Notes: a model not told the origin generated them from the letters alone. Positions 1-11,661 are shown, counted from the stretch's first letter. The stretch is DNA of 64,000 bases from an uncultured Stakelama sp. (GCA_964639855.1 CAZXFY010000013.1:6756-70755), one strand, 5' to 3'. Translations and numbers: made by a program.

Positions 1-1
1 C

Positions 2-922
2 GCCGCCTCGGTCCACCGCGAGCATCACGCGCCCGACGAGGTGCAGCTCTGCACGTTGCTCTCGATCAAGACCGGCGGGTGCCCGGAGGATTGCGGCTAT
101 TGCTCGCAATCCGCGCATGCCGACAGCGGCGTCAAGGCGACCAGGCTGATGGACGTGCGCGCCGTGCTGCAATCGGCGGCGCAGGCGAAGGATGCAGGGT
201 CGCAGCGTTTCTGCATGGGCGCGGCGTGGCGCAACCCCAAGGACCGCGACATGCCTGCGATCGTCGAAATCGTGAAGGGCGTCGCCGCGATGGGGATGGA
301 AACCTGCATGACGCTCGGCATGCTCACCCCCGATCAGGCGGCGCAGCTCAAGGAAGCGGGGCTCGATTACTACAACCACAATATCGACACCGCGCCGGAG
401 AATTACGCCAACGTCATCACCACGCGCAGCTTCGAGGAGCGGCTCGAGACGCTGGAGAATGTGCGCGGGGCGGGGATCAACGTCTGCTCGGGCGGGATCG
501 TCGGCATGGGCGAGACTCGGGAGCATCGGGTCGGTTTCGTCCACGCGCTCGCGACGCTGCCGCGGCACCCCGAAAGCGTGCCGATCAACGCGCTGGTGCC
601 GGTCAAGGGTACGCCGCTCGGCGATATGCTCGCCGATACGCCGATGGGAAGAATCGACGATATCGAGTTCGTCCGCACCGTGGCGGTCGCGCGGATCACG
701 ATGCCGCGCTCGATGGTCCGCCTCTCGGCCGGCCGCGAGAGCATGTCGGAGGCGACGCAGGCTTTGTGCTTCCTCGCCGGCGCCAACTCGATCTTCACCG
801 GCGACAAGCTCCTCACCGCCGCGAACGCTGGCGACGACAAGGACGCAGCGCTGTTCGCCAAACTCGGCCTGACGCCGCTGCAAGGCGAAGAACCGATGCG
901 CCCCTGCGAGGCGGTGGAGTGA
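2..922 (+). CDS. bioB: Biotin synthase (radical SAM), 5'-truncated by the window edge
   Basis: CxxxCxxC motif CPEDCGYC in [25 protein letters not shown] and VPIN motifs. The frame is open from base 2, so the true start lies upstream. Confidence 0.97.
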   Translation, partial: AASVHREHHAPDEVQLCTLLSIKTGGCPEDCGYCSQSAHADSGVKATRLMDVRAVLQSAAQAKDAGSQRFCMGAAWRNPKDRDMPAIVEIVKGVAAMGMETCMTLGMLTPDQAAQLKEAGLDYYNHNIDTAPENYANVITTRSFEERLETLENVRGAGINVCSGGIVGMGETREHRVGFVHALATLPRHPESVPINALVPVKGTPLGDMLADTPMGRIDDIEFVRTVAVARITMPRSMVRLSAGRESMSEATQALCFLAGANSIFTGDKLLTAANAGDDKDAALFAKLGLTPLQGEEPMRPCEAVE

Positions 923-1143
923 TGTTGCCGAGCCCGCAATCGAATAGCGCCCTTTTGGGCAGAAGCCTTCTAGCGACGCTCTGGGGATTGCTTGGTGCGC
1001 CAATAATAATGGTGCTGCTGTTTGCTGTCGGTGCGGGCGATCTCGGACAAGATGCGGTTTTGTATGCGCTGATTGTTGCGCTTGCGCTTGCGACGGCTGG
1101 TTATGCCGGTTCTCTTTTCCTTCTCCGCCGCTGGAGCCGTTGA
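922..1143 (+). CDS. Small 73-aa hypothetical membrane protein (2 predicted TM segments)
   Basis: ATG at 922 overlaps the bioB TGA, and its stop overlaps the next ATG. Translation [34 protein letters not shown]...ALALATAGYAGSLFLLRRWSR; visibly lower GC than the flanks. Confidence 0.55.
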   Translation: MLPSPQSNSALLGRSLLATLWGLLGAPIIMVLLFAVGAGDLGQDAVLYALIVALALATAGYAGSLFLLRRWSR

Positions 1144-3317
1144 TGTTCAAGAAAATCCTGGTCGCCAATCGCGGCGAGATTGCCTGCCGCGTGATGCGCA
1201 CCGCCAAGAAGATGGGGATCGCGACGGTCGCGGTCTATTCGGACGCCGACGCCCGCGCGCCGCATGTGCTGATGGCCGACGAAAGCGTGCGGCTCGGCCC
1301 GCCGCCTGCGGCCGAGAGCTATCTCAAGGCCGACGAGATCCTGCTCGCCGCCAAGGAGACCGGCGCCGATGCGATCCATCCCGGCTACGGCTTCCTCTCC
1401 GAGCGCGAGAGCTTCGCGCGGGCGTGTGCCGAGGCGGGGATCGCGTTCATCGGCCCGCCCCCGGAAGCGATCGCGGCGATGGGGGACAAGATCCAATCGA
1501 AGAAGCTCGCCAAGGAAGCGGGCGTCAACGTCGTGCCCGGCTATCTCGGCGAGATCGCCGATACCGAGGAAGCCGTCAAAATCGCCAAGGACATCGGCTT
1601 TCCGGTGATGATGAAGGCCTCGGCCGGCGGCGGCGGCAAGGGAATGCGGCTCGCCTGGTCCGAGCAGGACGTGCGCGAAGGGTTCGAGGCCACGAAACGG
1701 GAAGGCCTGGCGAGCTTCGGCGACGACCGCGTGTTCATCGAGAAGTTCATCGAAAGCCCGCGCCACATCGAGATTCAGGTGCTCGGCGACCGGCACGGCA
1801 ATGTCGTCTATCTCGGCGAGCGCGAATGCTCGATCCAGCGGCGGCACCAGAAGGTGGTCGAGGAGGCGCCGTCGCCCTTCGTCACGCCGGACATGCGCAA
1901 GGCGATGGGCGAGCAGGCGGTCGCGCTGGCCAAGGCGGTGGGCTATTATAGCGCGGGCACGGTCGAGCTGATCGTCTCGGGTGCGGACCCGACGGGCGAG
2001 AGCTTCTACTTCCTCGAAATGAACACGCGGCTTCAGGTCGAGCATCCCGTCACCGAGGAGGTGACCGGGCTTGATTTGGTCGAGCAGATGATCCGCGTCG
2101 CGGCGGGGGAGAAGCTGGGCTTCACGCAGGCCGACGTGAAACTCGACGGCTGGGCGATCGAGACGCGCGTCTATGCGGAGGACCCGTATCGCGGCTTCCT
2201 GCCGAGTATCGGGCGGCTCGTGCGGTATAATCCGCCGTCCCAATCACCTCGTTACCCCGGCCCCCGAGCCGGGGTCCCGCTTCCTAACGAAGCGCATCCC
2301 AGGGAATACAGCGGGACCCCGGATCAAGTCCGGGGTGACGACGTGGTTGTCCGCGTCGATGACGGCGTCGCCGAAGGGGGCGAGGTCTCGATGTTCTACG
2401 ACCCCATGATCGCCAAGCTGATCACCTGGGCGCCGACCCGCGAGGAGGCCGCCGATGCGCAGGTGGCGGCGCTCGACGCGTTCGAAATCGAGGGGCCGGG
2501 GCACAATATCGACTTCCTCTCGGCGTTGATGCAGCACCCGCGTTTCCGCTCGGGCAAGCTCACCACCGGCTTCATCGCCGAGGAATATCCCGACGGCTTC
2601 ACCGGCGCCCCCGCCTCGCCCGAACTGGAGCGCGCGCTCGCGGGCATCGCGGCGTTCGCGGCGACTGCGGAGGCCGATCGCGCGCGGCGGATCGACGGGC
2701 AGCTCGGCAGCCGCCTGCGCCCGCCGGCGGACTGGTCGGTGAGGATCGGCGATGCCGAGCATCGGGTGTCGGTCTCGACCGAGGGGCTGATCGTGGATGG
2801 CGAGGAATTGCCGCTGGGACTCGAATATACGCCGGGCGACCGGATGATCGAGGCGGAGCTTCTTTCCTCCGGTCGCCCTGAGCCTGTCGATGGGCGAGAG
2901 GCCCAGAGCGATGCGCTCGCGGAGAAGCGGCCTTCGACAGGCTCGGGCCAAACGGGCGTGGAGGAAACACTCACCGTCCGTATCGCCCCCGTCCGATCGG
3001 GCTTCCGCCTCACTACGCGCGGCGCCAGCCATGTCGCCCGCGTGCTGCCGGGCCGGATCGCGCCCTATGCGGCGCACATGATCGAGAAGGTGCCGCCCGA
3101 CCTCTCCAAATTCCTGCTCTGTCCGATGCCCGGCCTGCTCGTGCGGCTCGACGTGGGCGAAGGGGATGTGGTCGAGATCGGCCAGCCGCTTGCGGTGGTC
3201 GAGGCGATGAAGATGGAGAACATCCTGCGCGCCGCGAAGGCGGGAACGGTGAAGGCGGTGAACGCGCAAGCTGGAGACAGCCTCGCCGTCGATGAAGTCA
3301 TTCTGGAGCTGGAATAA
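1140..3317 (+). CDS. pccA: Acetyl/propionyl-CoA carboxylase alpha subunit (biotin carboxylase + biotinyl domain) with two in-frame repeat insertions
   Basis: ILVANRGEIA, HPGYGFLSE, GGGGKGMR, EMNTRLQVEHPVTE, and the biotin attachment motif EAMKM. Confidence 0.9.
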   Translation: MMFKKILVANRGEIACRVMRTAKKMGIATVAVYSDADARAPHVLMADESVRLGPPPAAESYLKADEILLAAKETGADAIHPGYGFLSERESFARACAEAGIAFIGPPPEAIAAMGDKIQSKKLAKEAGVNVVPGYLGEIADTEEAVKIAKDIGFPVMMKASAGGGGKGMRLAWSEQDVREGFEATKREGLASFGDDRVFIEKFIESPRHIEIQVLGDRHGNVVYLGERECSIQRRHQKVVEEAPSPFVTPDMRKAMGEQAVALAKAVGYYSAGTVELIVSGADPTGESFYFLEMNTRLQVEHPVTEEVTGLDLVEQMIRVAAGEKLGFTQADVKLDGWAIETRVYAEDPYRGFLPSIGRLVRYNPPSQSPRYPGPRAGVPLPNEAHPREYSGTPDQVRGDDVVVRVDDGVAEGGEVSMFYDPMIAKLITWAPTREEAADAQVAALDAFEIEGPGHNIDFLSALMQHPRFRSGKLTTGFIAEEYPDGFTGAPASPELERALAGIAAFAATAEADRARRIDGQLGSRLRPPADWSVRIGDAEHRVSVSTEGLIVDGEELPLGLEYTPGDRMIEAELLSSGRPEPVDGREAQSDALAEKRPSTGSGQTGVEETLTVRIAPVRSGFRLTTRGASHVARVLPGRIAPYAAHMIEKVPPDLSKFLLCPMPGLLVRLDVGEGDVVEIGQPLAVVEAMKMENILRAAKAGTVKAVNAQAGDSLAVDEVILELE
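2250..2340. repeat. CGTC-type REP dimer inserted in frame in pccA
   Basis: cgttaccccggcccccgagccggggtccc ... gggaccccggatcaagtccggggtgacg; terminal inverted repeats with an internal hairpin in each arm. Confidence 0.9.
2869..2955. repeat. Second-family palindromic element (RPEPVEG/PSTGSG type) inserted in frame in pccA
   Basis: ccggtcgccctgagcctgtcgatggg ... ccttcgacaggctcgggccaaacgg; the arms are inverted complements and are related to the element at 53754-53873. Confidence 0.85.
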
Positions 3318-3327
3318 GCATTTACGC

Positions 3328-3392
3328 CGTCGCCCCGGCGAGCGGTGAAGGCTTTCGAAAGCGCTGGAATGCCGGCGTTCGCCGGCGTGACG
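3328..3392. repeat. Short CGTC-type REP dimer
   Basis: cgtcgccccggcg ... gccggcgttcgccggcgtgacg, downstream of pccA. Confidence 0.8.
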
Positions 3393-3463
3393 GCGGTGGC
3401 CCGGATACAAATTGCGACAATATTTCGATGGACGGCTGCGCAAGCGGCCGCCATTTCAATTAC

Positions 3464-4945
3464 ATGACGATGAAGCGCGTCCTTTGCGCGATGCTGCCCG
3501 CGACAGCGCTCGCGGCGTGCACGGTCGGGCCGGATTATCGCCCCGCATCGCCCGCGGCGCTCGGCGTGCCCGTGCACTATTCGGTCGCTGCGGACCAGCG
3601 CGCGCAGGAGGACCTGTCGCGTTGGTGGACGCGTTTCGGCGATCCGTTGCTCACGCGGCTGGTCGAACAGGCGCGGACCGACAATCTCGACATCGCGCAG
3701 GCGGTCGCGCGGCTGCGGCAGGCGCATGAGGGGCTGATCCAGTCGCGTGCGCAGCTCCTGCCGCAGGTGAGCGGCTCGGGCGGCTATTCGCGCTCGTTCG
3801 ACGTGACCGGCGCGAGCACGGTCACGCTGCCCGACGGCACGATCACGACGATCTCGCGCGGCTCGAACGACAGCTTCTCGCTCGGCGCCGACGTGTCGTA
3901 CCAGGCCGGGCTGTTCGGCGAGGTGCGCCGCGGCGTCGAGGCGAGCCGCGCGCAATATGAGAGCGCGGGCTACGATTACGCCACCGTGCTCATCTCCACC
4001 GAGGCCGAGATCGCGCGCAACTACGTGCTTGCGCGCGCCTATCAGGCGCAGCTCGCCAACGCGCAGGCGTCGCTCGCCATTCAGGACGACAATCTCGAAA
4101 TCGCCGGTTTCCGCGTTCAGGCGGGGCTCGTCTCCTCGCTCGATCAGGAGCAGGCGCGCGCATCGCGGGCGCAGACCGCGGCGTCGATCCCCTCGATCGC
4201 GCAGTCCTACAACCAGGCGGTGTCGCGGCTCGGTGTGCTGACGGGGCAGGCGCCCGGCGCGCTCAAGGCCGAGATGGAGGCGGTGAAGCCGATCCCGGCC
4301 GCGCCCGGCGACGTCGCCGTCGGAATCCCGGCCGATACGCTGCGCCAGCGCCCCGACGTGCGCGCCGCCGAACGCGCGCTCGCCGCCGCGACCGCCCGGA
4401 TCGGCGTCGCCGAGGCGCAGCTTTATCCGGGGCTGTCGTTCTCGGGCAGCCTCGGCGCGAACGCCGCGTCGATCGGCAACCTCTTCGACATCATCACCGG
4501 GCGGGTGTTCGCAGGGCTGGCGCAGACGATCTTCGACGGCGGTCGCCTGCGCTCGCAGGTGCGCGCGAACGAGGCCGCGGCCGAGGCGGCGTTCGCGGCC
4601 TATAAGGGCACGGTGCTCACCGGCCTCGAAGATGTCGAAAATGCGATCGTCGCGCTCGATACCGCGCAGGAGCGCGAGAAGCAGTTCGCCATCGCGCTCG
4701 ACGCCGCAAACAACTCGGCGATCCTCTCGCGCAGCCAGTATCGCGCGGGGCTCACCGATTTCACCACGCTCAACACCGCCGAGAGCCAGCTCATCTCGGC
4801 ACGCAACGGGCTGACCCAGGCGCATGCCGACCGGGCGAACGCGCTCGTCCAGCTCTATCTGGCGCTCGGCGGCGGGTGGGACAGCGCGGCCGTGCCCGTC
4901 GCGCCCGATACGCCCCCCGTCTTCCAGCCCGCTGAGGAACAGTGA
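3464..4945 (+). CDS. Efflux outer-membrane lipoprotein, NodT/TolC family
   Basis: Lipobox LAAC, VGPDY, LRQRPDVRAAE, LYLALGGGW. Alternative starts at 3428 and 3470. Confidence 0.93.
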   Translation: MTMKRVLCAMLPATALAACTVGPDYRPASPAALGVPVHYSVAADQRAQEDLSRWWTRFGDPLLTRLVEQARTDNLDIAQAVARLRQAHEGLIQSRAQLLPQVSGSGGYSRSFDVTGASTVTLPDGTITTISRGSNDSFSLGADVSYQAGLFGEVRRGVEASRAQYESAGYDYATVLISTEAEIARNYVLARAYQAQLANAQASLAIQDDNLEIAGFRVQAGLVSSLDQEQARASRAQTAASIPSIAQSYNQAVSRLGVLTGQAPGALKAEMEAVKPIPAAPGDVAVGIPADTLRQRPDVRAAERALAAATARIGVAEAQLYPGLSFSGSLGANAASIGNLFDIITGRVFAGLAQTIFDGGRLRSQVRANEAAAEAAFAAYKGTVLTGLEDVENAIVALDTAQEREKQFAIALDAANNSAILSRSQYRAGLTDFTTLNTAESQLISARNGLTQAHADRANALVQLYLALGGGWDSAAVPVAPDTPPVFQPAEEQ

Positions 4946-6301
4946 TGGCAGATCAGGATCTTTCGCCCGCGGATACGCAGGATTTCCTCGGTGTCGAGGA
5001 AAAGCCCGCCTGGCGGCGCTGGCTCAAATGGGGGCTGATCGGCCTCGGCGCGGTGCTGGTCCTGCTGCTGCTCTCGCACTATCTGCGCGGCGGCGAGAGC
5101 GCGGCCTATGCGACCGAGCCGGTTCGCCGGGGCGCGCTCACCACCAGCGTTTCGGCGACCGGCAAGCTCGCGCCCACCAACCAGGTCGATGTCGGCTCGG
5201 AACTGTCCGGCCTCGTCACCAGGGTCGTGGTCGACGTCAACGATCGCGTCACCGCCGGTCAGCCGCTCGCGCTGATCGATCCGTCGCGCTACGACGATGC
5301 GATCAAGCAGGCCGAGGCGTCGCTCAACGCCAATCGCGCGCAGGTGGCTCAGGCGCAGGCGACGCTCGCGCAGGCGCAGGCGCAGCTCGATCGCGAGCTG
5401 GAGGTGAGCCGCCTGTCGGGCGGGCGCGTGCCCTCGAAGGTCGAGCTGGAACAGGCGCGCGCCGACCGCGACCGTGCGGCGGCCGGGCTCAAATCCGCAC
5501 AGGCCAATGTCGTCTCGGCGCAGGCACAGCTTTCCTCCGCGCAGACCGAGCGCACCAAGGCCGTGATCCGTTCGCCGGTGAACGGCGTCGTGCTCGCGCG
5601 GCAGATCGAGCCGGGCCAGACGGTCGCGGCCTCGTTCAACACGCCGACCTTGTTCGTGATCGCCGAGGATCTCAGCCGGATGAAGCTCGAGGTCGCGATC
5701 GACGAAGCCGATGTCGGGCAGGTGAAAGAGGGCCAGAAGGCGACCTTCACCGTCGATGCCTTTCCCGGCAAGACCTTCCCCGCGACGATCACCCGCGTCG
5801 ATCTCGGCTCAAACCTGTCGGCGCAGTCGAGCAGTTCGTCGCAGGGCACGAGCACGGCCTCCTCGACGGGGCAGGTCGTCTCCTATGCGGCGGAACTCAG
5901 CGTCGCCAATCCCGACCTCCAGCTCCGCCCGGGCATGACCGCGACCGCGGACATCATCACCTCGCAGCAGGATAACGTGCTGCTCGTCCCCAACGCCGCG
6001 CTCCGCTTCGCGCCTCAAAAGAATGCGGCGCCGAGCGCGCGGGAAAGCGGCGGCATCACCGGCGCGCTCGTCCCGCGCCGTCGCCGCCGCGGCGGCGGCA
6101 ATGAGGAGGTCGCCTCGACCGCCGGCGGCAAGGCGACCGTCTATGCCAAGGGCGAGAACGGCCAGCCGAAGCCGATCCAGATCACCACGGGCAAGACCAA
6201 CGGCACGAGCACGGCGGTTCTCTCCGGCGATCTCAAGCCCGGCATGGAGGTGATCGTCGGCCAGCTTTCGGGCGAACAGGGCGTCTCGGGCGGTGGGCGG
6301 C

Positions 6302-6312
<11 letters not shown>
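4942..6312 (+). CDS. Periplasmic adaptor (membrane fusion protein), MacA-like
   Basis: N-terminal TM segment, VDVGSELSG, IRSPVNGVV, EADVGQV, LRPGMTA. Confidence 0.92.
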
Positions 6313-7036
<724 letters not shown>

Positions 7037-7037
7037 G

Positions 7038-8246
7038 ATGCTCGGCACCACCTTCGTCCTCGCGATCCGGTCGATCCGGCGGCATCTGCTGCGCTCGTTC
7101 CTGACGATCCTCGGCATCGTCATCGGCGTCGGCGCGGTCGTCACGATGGTGACGCTCGGCAACGCCACCACCGCGGCGGTGCAGGAGCAGATCGCGAGTC
7201 TCGGCACCAACATCCTCCAGGTCCGGCCGAGCCGCGGTTTCGGGCGCGGCGGCGGCGGGCCGCGGCCGCCCGAGTTCAAGCCCGAGGACGTCGAGGCGAT
7301 CGAGAAGCAGATCACCGGCGTCACGGCCGTCGCCCCGCAGGCGCAGACCAGCGTCACCGCGATCTACGAAGGCGCCAATTGGGAGACGACGATCAACGGC
7401 ACCACCAATGCCTATTTCCGCGTCCAGCCGTGGGATCTCACCGCCGGCCGATATTTCCTGCCCGCCGAGGAGCAGGCAGGCAAATCGGTGTGCATCATCG
7501 GCGCGACGGTCGATGCCAACCTGTTCCAGGGCACGCCCGCGATCGGCAAGCGGATGCGCGTCGGCAATATCTCTTGCGACGTGATCGGCGTGCTCGCGCG
7601 CAAGGGGCAGAGCGGCTTCGGCGGCGATCAGGACGACGTCGTCATCATGCCGATCAAGACGGTCCAGCGCCGCTTCACCGGAAGCCGCGACATCCGGCTG
7701 ATGCTCGTCGGCGTCGATCAGGCATACGATACCACGCAGGTCCAGGCCTCGCTCACCGGTTTGCTGCGCGAGCGGCGCAACCTCGAACCGGGCGAGGAAG
7801 ATGATTTCAACATCTTCGACACCAAGCAGATTTCGGACACGCTGACCGGCACGACGCGCTTGCTCACCGGTATCGTCACCGCGGTCGCGGCGATCAGCCT
7901 CGTCGTCGGCGGGATCGGGATCATGAACATCATGCTGGTCTCGGTGACGGAGCGGACGCGCGAGATCGGCATCCGCCTCGCGATCGGCGCGGTCGCGCGC
8001 GAGGTGCTGATGCAGTTCCTCGTCGAGGCGGTGGTGCTCTCGTGCCTCGGCGGGCTGATCGGGCTCGTGATCGCGCAGATCGCGGTCGCCGCGCTCGCGC
8101 CCGTGATGCAGGTCGATTGGGTCTTCTATCCCGGCATCAATTTTATCGCCTTCGCGATCTCCGCGCTGATCGGTGTGGTGTTCGGCTATTTCCCCGCCCG
8201 CCGCGCCGCCGCGCTCAACCCCATCGATGCGCTGCGGCACGAGTGA
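7038..8246 (+). CDS. ABC permease, MacB/FtsX family
   Basis: [51 protein letters not shown]. Confidence 0.95.
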   Translation: MLGTTFVLAIRSIRRHLLRSFLTILGIVIGVGAVVTMVTLGNATTAAVQEQIASLGTNILQVRPSRGFGRGGGGPRPPEFKPEDVEAIEKQITGVTAVAPQAQTSVTAIYEGANWETTINGTTNAYFRVQPWDLTAGRYFLPAEEQAGKSVCIIGATVDANLFQGTPAIGKRMRVGNISCDVIGVLARKGQSGFGGDQDDVVIMPIKTVQRRFTGSRDIRLMLVGVDQAYDTTQVQASLTGLLRERRNLEPGEEDDFNIFDTKQISDTLTGTTRLLTGIVTAVAAISLVVGGIGIMNIMLVSVTERTREIGIRLAIGAVAREVLMQFLVEAVVLSCLGGLIGLVIAQIAVAALAPVMQVDWVFYPGINFIAFAISALIGVVFGYFPARRAAALNPIDALRHE

Positions 8247-8247
8247 A

Positions 8248-8823
8248 TCACACCATCGCGCGCAGCCGCTCCAGATCCTCGGGCGTGTCGATGTCCATCA
8301 GTTCGTGCGCGGCGGCGATGACGTGGTGGGCCTTCAAGATCATATCGCGCGCGCCCTTGTCGCCGGTAAGCTTGACCAGCCAGTCGAAATGGTTGCGGCC
8401 GAACAATGCCGGCGGGCGCGGACGCGCGCCGTCGCTGGAGGCGAGAATCGTGTCTGCGCCGTCGGCATAATCGAGCAGGCGATAGACGTGCGTCGCGGTG
8501 ACGCGCGGCATGTCGGCGAGCGCGATCAGCACGGCCTCGGGATCGCATCCGCGCGCCGCCTCGATGCCGCGCGTGACCGAGCTGGCGAGGCCCTCGCCGC
8601 GATGCGGATTCTCGACCATCTCGAAGCCGCGCGCGCCGAAATCGAGCCGTGTCCTCGAAACGACGGCAATCCGCCGCTTGAACGGCACGCCTTCGAGTGC
8701 GGTGACGACATGGAAGGCGAGCCGATGGCCGAGATAGGGCTGTTCGAGCTTGTCGAGCGGCCCGAACCGCTTCGATCCGCCCGCGGCGAGCAGGATGAGC
8801 ACGGTGTCGCCGGCGCTGATCAT
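8248..8823 (-). CDS. Nucleotidyltransferase family protein (MocA/MobA-like)
   Basis: LLAAGGSKRFG..K, LADMP, GDKGAR, DIDTPED. Start taken at ATG 8823. Confidence 0.85.
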   Translation of the reverse strand: MISAGDTVLILLAAGGSKRFGPLDKLEQPYLGHRLAFHVVTALEGVPFKRRIAVVSRTRLDFGARGFEMVENPHRGEGLASSVTRGIEAARGCDPEAVLIALADMPRVTATHVYRLLDYADGADTILASSDGARPRPPALFGRNHFDWLVKLTGDKGARDMILKAHHVIAAAHELMDIDTPEDLERLRAMV

Positions 8824-8908
8824 GAAGATGCAGGATCGATCATGGCATGCATGGGATAGACCTCTTTCGGCTTGGGGGGAACGCCGCGGGCGTCTATCGT
8901 TTGCGTCG

Positions 8909-10009
8909 ATGAGCGGGGGAGTGCGGATCTGGCTGCTGTCGGGCATGTGCGCGCTGGCGTCCGCCTGCGGCAGCGGGCAGACTGCGCCGATGACGCCACC
9001 CACGCCCTCGCTCTCGCCGCCGATCGTCATCGCGCATCGCGGCGCGAGCGGCCTTCGCCCCGAGCATACGCTCGCCGCCTATGAACTCGCGATCGAGCAG
9101 GGCGCCGATTTCATCGAGCCCGATCTGGTGCCGACCAAAGACGACGTGCTCGTCGCCCGGCACGAGAACGACATATCGGACACCACCGACGTCGCCGATC
9201 ATCCCGAATTCGCCGATCGCCGCACGACCAGGACGATCGACGGCAAGCGCATCACCGGCTGGTTCACCGAGGATTTCACGCTGGCCGAATTGAAGACGCT
9301 GCGCGCGAAGGAACGCATCCCGCTGCTCCGGCCCGACAACACCGCCTATGACGACCGCTTCGAGGTGGCGACGCTCGCCGAGATCATCGCGCTCGCCAAG
9401 CGCGAGACGGCGAAGACCGGGCGGATGATCGGCATCTATCCCGAAACCAAGCATCCGAGCTATTTCGCATCGATCGGCCATCCGATCGCGCCGCTGCTGA
9501 TCGCGGCGCTGAAGGCGGCGGGATGGAATTCGGCCGAGGCGCCGGTCTTCATCCAGTCGTTCGAGGTCGCGAACCTGAAGGCGCTGCACGAGAGCACCCC
9601 GGTCCGCCTGATCCAGCTCATCGACAAGGACGGCGCCCCCGCCGACGGCGCGGTGGAAAGCTATGCCGAAATGACGACGCCCGAGGGGCTGAAGGCGGTT
9701 GCCGCTTATGCCTGGGGAATCGGCCCCGCCAAGGCGATGGTGATCGATGGCGGGCGGCCGACGCGGCTTGTGGCGGATGCCCATGCGGCGGGGCTGCGCG
9801 TCCATCCCTGGACGTTTCGCGCGGAGAATTATTTCCTGCCTTCGCGATATCGCAAGGGGCTCAATCCGCGCGGCCATGGCGACCTTTCGGGCGAGATACG
9901 GGATCAGTTGCACGCCGGCGTGGATGGTTTTTTCACCGATTTCCCGCAAATTGGGGTAGAAGCGCGTGAGGCGGCGCGCGCCGCCGTGCCGCAAAGGAGT
10001 GCCGAGTGA
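8909..10009 (+). CDS. Glycerophosphodiester phosphodiesterase (probable lipoprotein)
   Basis: IAHRGASG..PEHTL, IEPDLVPTKD, HEND, YPETKHP, FIQSFE, DGFFTDFP; LASAC lipobox-like. Confidence 0.92.
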   Translation: MSGGVRIWLLSGMCALASACGSGQTAPMTPPTPSLSPPIVIAHRGASGLRPEHTLAAYELAIEQGADFIEPDLVPTKDDVLVARHENDISDTTDVADHPEFADRRTTRTIDGKRITGWFTEDFTLAELKTLRAKERIPLLRPDNTAYDDRFEVATLAEIIALAKRETAKTGRMIGIYPETKHPSYFASIGHPIAPLLIAALKAAGWNSAEAPVFIQSFEVANLKALHESTPVRLIQLIDKDGAPADGAVESYAEMTTPEGLKAVAAYAWGIGPAKAMVIDGGRPTRLVADAHAAGLRVHPWTFRAENYFLPSRYRKGLNPRGHGDLSGEIRDQLHAGVDGFFTDFPQIGVEAREAARAAVPQRSAE

Positions 10010-10293
10010 TGCGGAAAATCCTGATCCTGCCGGCCGCGCTGCTGCCGCTGTTCGCGGGTGGCTGCCTCGTCAAGACCGCCGCCAATGTGGCGACGCTTCC
10101 CGTCAAGGCGGTGGGCAAGACGGTCGACTGGACGACCACCAGCCAGGACGAGGCCGATCGCAATTACGGCCGCGAAATGCGCGAGAAGGAAGCCCGCGAA
10201 GGCCGCGAGCGCCGCGAATGGGCGGAAGAATGCCAGGAGCATCCCGACACCTGCGGCGACTATGACGGCTATCGCGCCGGGTATGACGACTGA
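10006..10293 (+). CDS. Small hypothetical lipoprotein
   Basis: Signal peptide ending FAGGC; overlaps the upstream stop; charged C-terminus. Confidence 0.7.
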   Translation: MMRKILILPAALLPLFAGGCLVKTAANVATLPVKAVGKTVDWTTTSQDEADRNYGREMREKEAREGRERREWAEECQEHPDTCGDYDGYRAGYDD

Positions 10294-10314
10294 TCTTTCG
10301 CTGCGTGCCGCGGC

Positions 10315-11661
10315 TTACCGCGCGGCGGCGGCCCTGCCGGCCTTGCTCACCCGCCAGATCGTGTTGCCCACGTCGTCGGCGACAAGCAGCCCGCTCTCGC
10401 CCGCGATCACGCCGACGGGCCGGCCATAGGCCTCGTCTTCGTCCTTGCTGAGGAAACCGGTCAGCACGTCGATCGGCTTGACGCCCTTCACGGGGAAGCC
10501 GTTCGCGTCGAAGGGAATGAAGATCACCTTGTAGCCCGATTTGGGCTCACGGTTCCATGAGCCGTGCAGCCCCACGAACGCCCCGCGCGCGAACCGCTCG
10601 CCCAGGGCCGGCCCGTGGGCGAAAGCGAGCCCCAATGCGGCGGTGTGCGGCCCCAGCGCATAATCGGGGCGCTTCGAATATTCCTGCATCGCGGGGTTCT
10701 TGGGCTCGACGCGATTGTCGGGATAGCCGCCCCAATAATACCACGGCCAGCCGAAGAAATCGCCCAGCGCGATGCTGGTGAGGTAATCGGGCGGCACGTC
10801 CGATCCCAGCATGTCGCGCTCGTTGACCACGGCCCACAGGCGGCCGGTATCGGGCTCGAAATCCATGCCATTGGGGTTGCGCATCCCCGCGGCGTAGATG
10901 CGGAAGGTCTTCGCCTTCGGATCGACTTCGAGGATGTTGGCGCGGTTGCGCTCGGCGTCGAGCCCGTTCTCGGCGATGTTGCTCGACGAGCCGACCGTCA
11001 CGTAGAGGCGGCTGCCGTCGGGCGTGGCGAGCACGTTGCGCGCCCAGTGATTGCCGCCGCCGGGCAGGTCGACGATCTTCTCCGGCTTGGCGGTGATCCT
11101 GGTCTGCCCCGGCTGGTAGGGAAAGCGCAGCAGCGCGTCGGTGTTCGCGACGTAGAGGTCGTTGCCGACCAGCGCCATGCCGAACGGCGAATTGAGGCCG
11201 GAAAGGAACACCGACCGCGCCTCGGCGACGCCGTCGTGATTCGCGTCGCGCAATAACGTGATGCGGTTCGCCGAGGGGACGCCCGCGCCGGCCTTCTTCA
11301 TCAGCCGTCCCATCACGAAGCCCGCGATCCCGCCGCCTTCGCGCGGCGGTGAGTTGGTCTCGGCGACCAGCACGTCGCCATTGGGCAGGCGATAGAGCCA
11401 GCGCGGGTGATCGAGCCCGGTCGCGAACGCATTGACCGCCAGCCCCTCGGCGGCGGTCGGGTGCGCCCCGTCCGCCCATCCGACCGCCTCGGCAACGTTC
11501 GTCGTGGGGATGATCTCGGATCGGGGAGTCGTCATCTCCGGGCGGGGGCCGGTCACGGCCGCGACGCTGAGTTCAGCCTCGTCGGGCCGGCTCAGCCAGA
11601 ACAGGACGCCCGCCGCGACGACGACGACGATCAGAAGGACGATCAGGATATGTTTGCGCAT
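10315..11661 (-). CDS. PQQ-dependent sugar/L-sorbosone dehydrogenase family protein
   Basis: LDHPRWL, PNGDVLVAE, HWARN, GMRNPNG, VNERD, FYGWP-like, GRPVGV, LLVADDVGN. Start at ATG 11661. Confidence 0.88.
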   Translation of the reverse strand: MRKHILIVLLIVVVVAAGVLFWLSRPDEAELSVAAVTGPRPEMTTPRSEIIPTTNVAEAVGWADGAHPTAAEGLAVNAFATGLDHPRWLYRLPNGDVLVAETNSPPREGGGIAGFVMGRLMKKAGAGVPSANRITLLRDANHDGVAEARSVFLSGLNSPFGMALVGNDLYVANTDALLRFPYQPGQTRITAKPEKIVDLPGGGNHWARNVLATPDGSRLYVTVGSSSNIAENGLDAERNRANILEVDPKAKTFRIYAAGMRNPNGMDFEPDTGRLWAVVNERDMLGSDVPPDYLTSIALGDFFGWPWYYWGGYPDNRVEPKNPAMQEYSKRPDYALGPHTAALGLAFAHGPALGERFARGAFVGLHGSWNREPKSGYKVIFIPFDANGFPVKGVKPIDVLTGFLSKDEDEAYGRPVGVIAGESGLLVADDVGNTIWRVSKAGRAAAAR

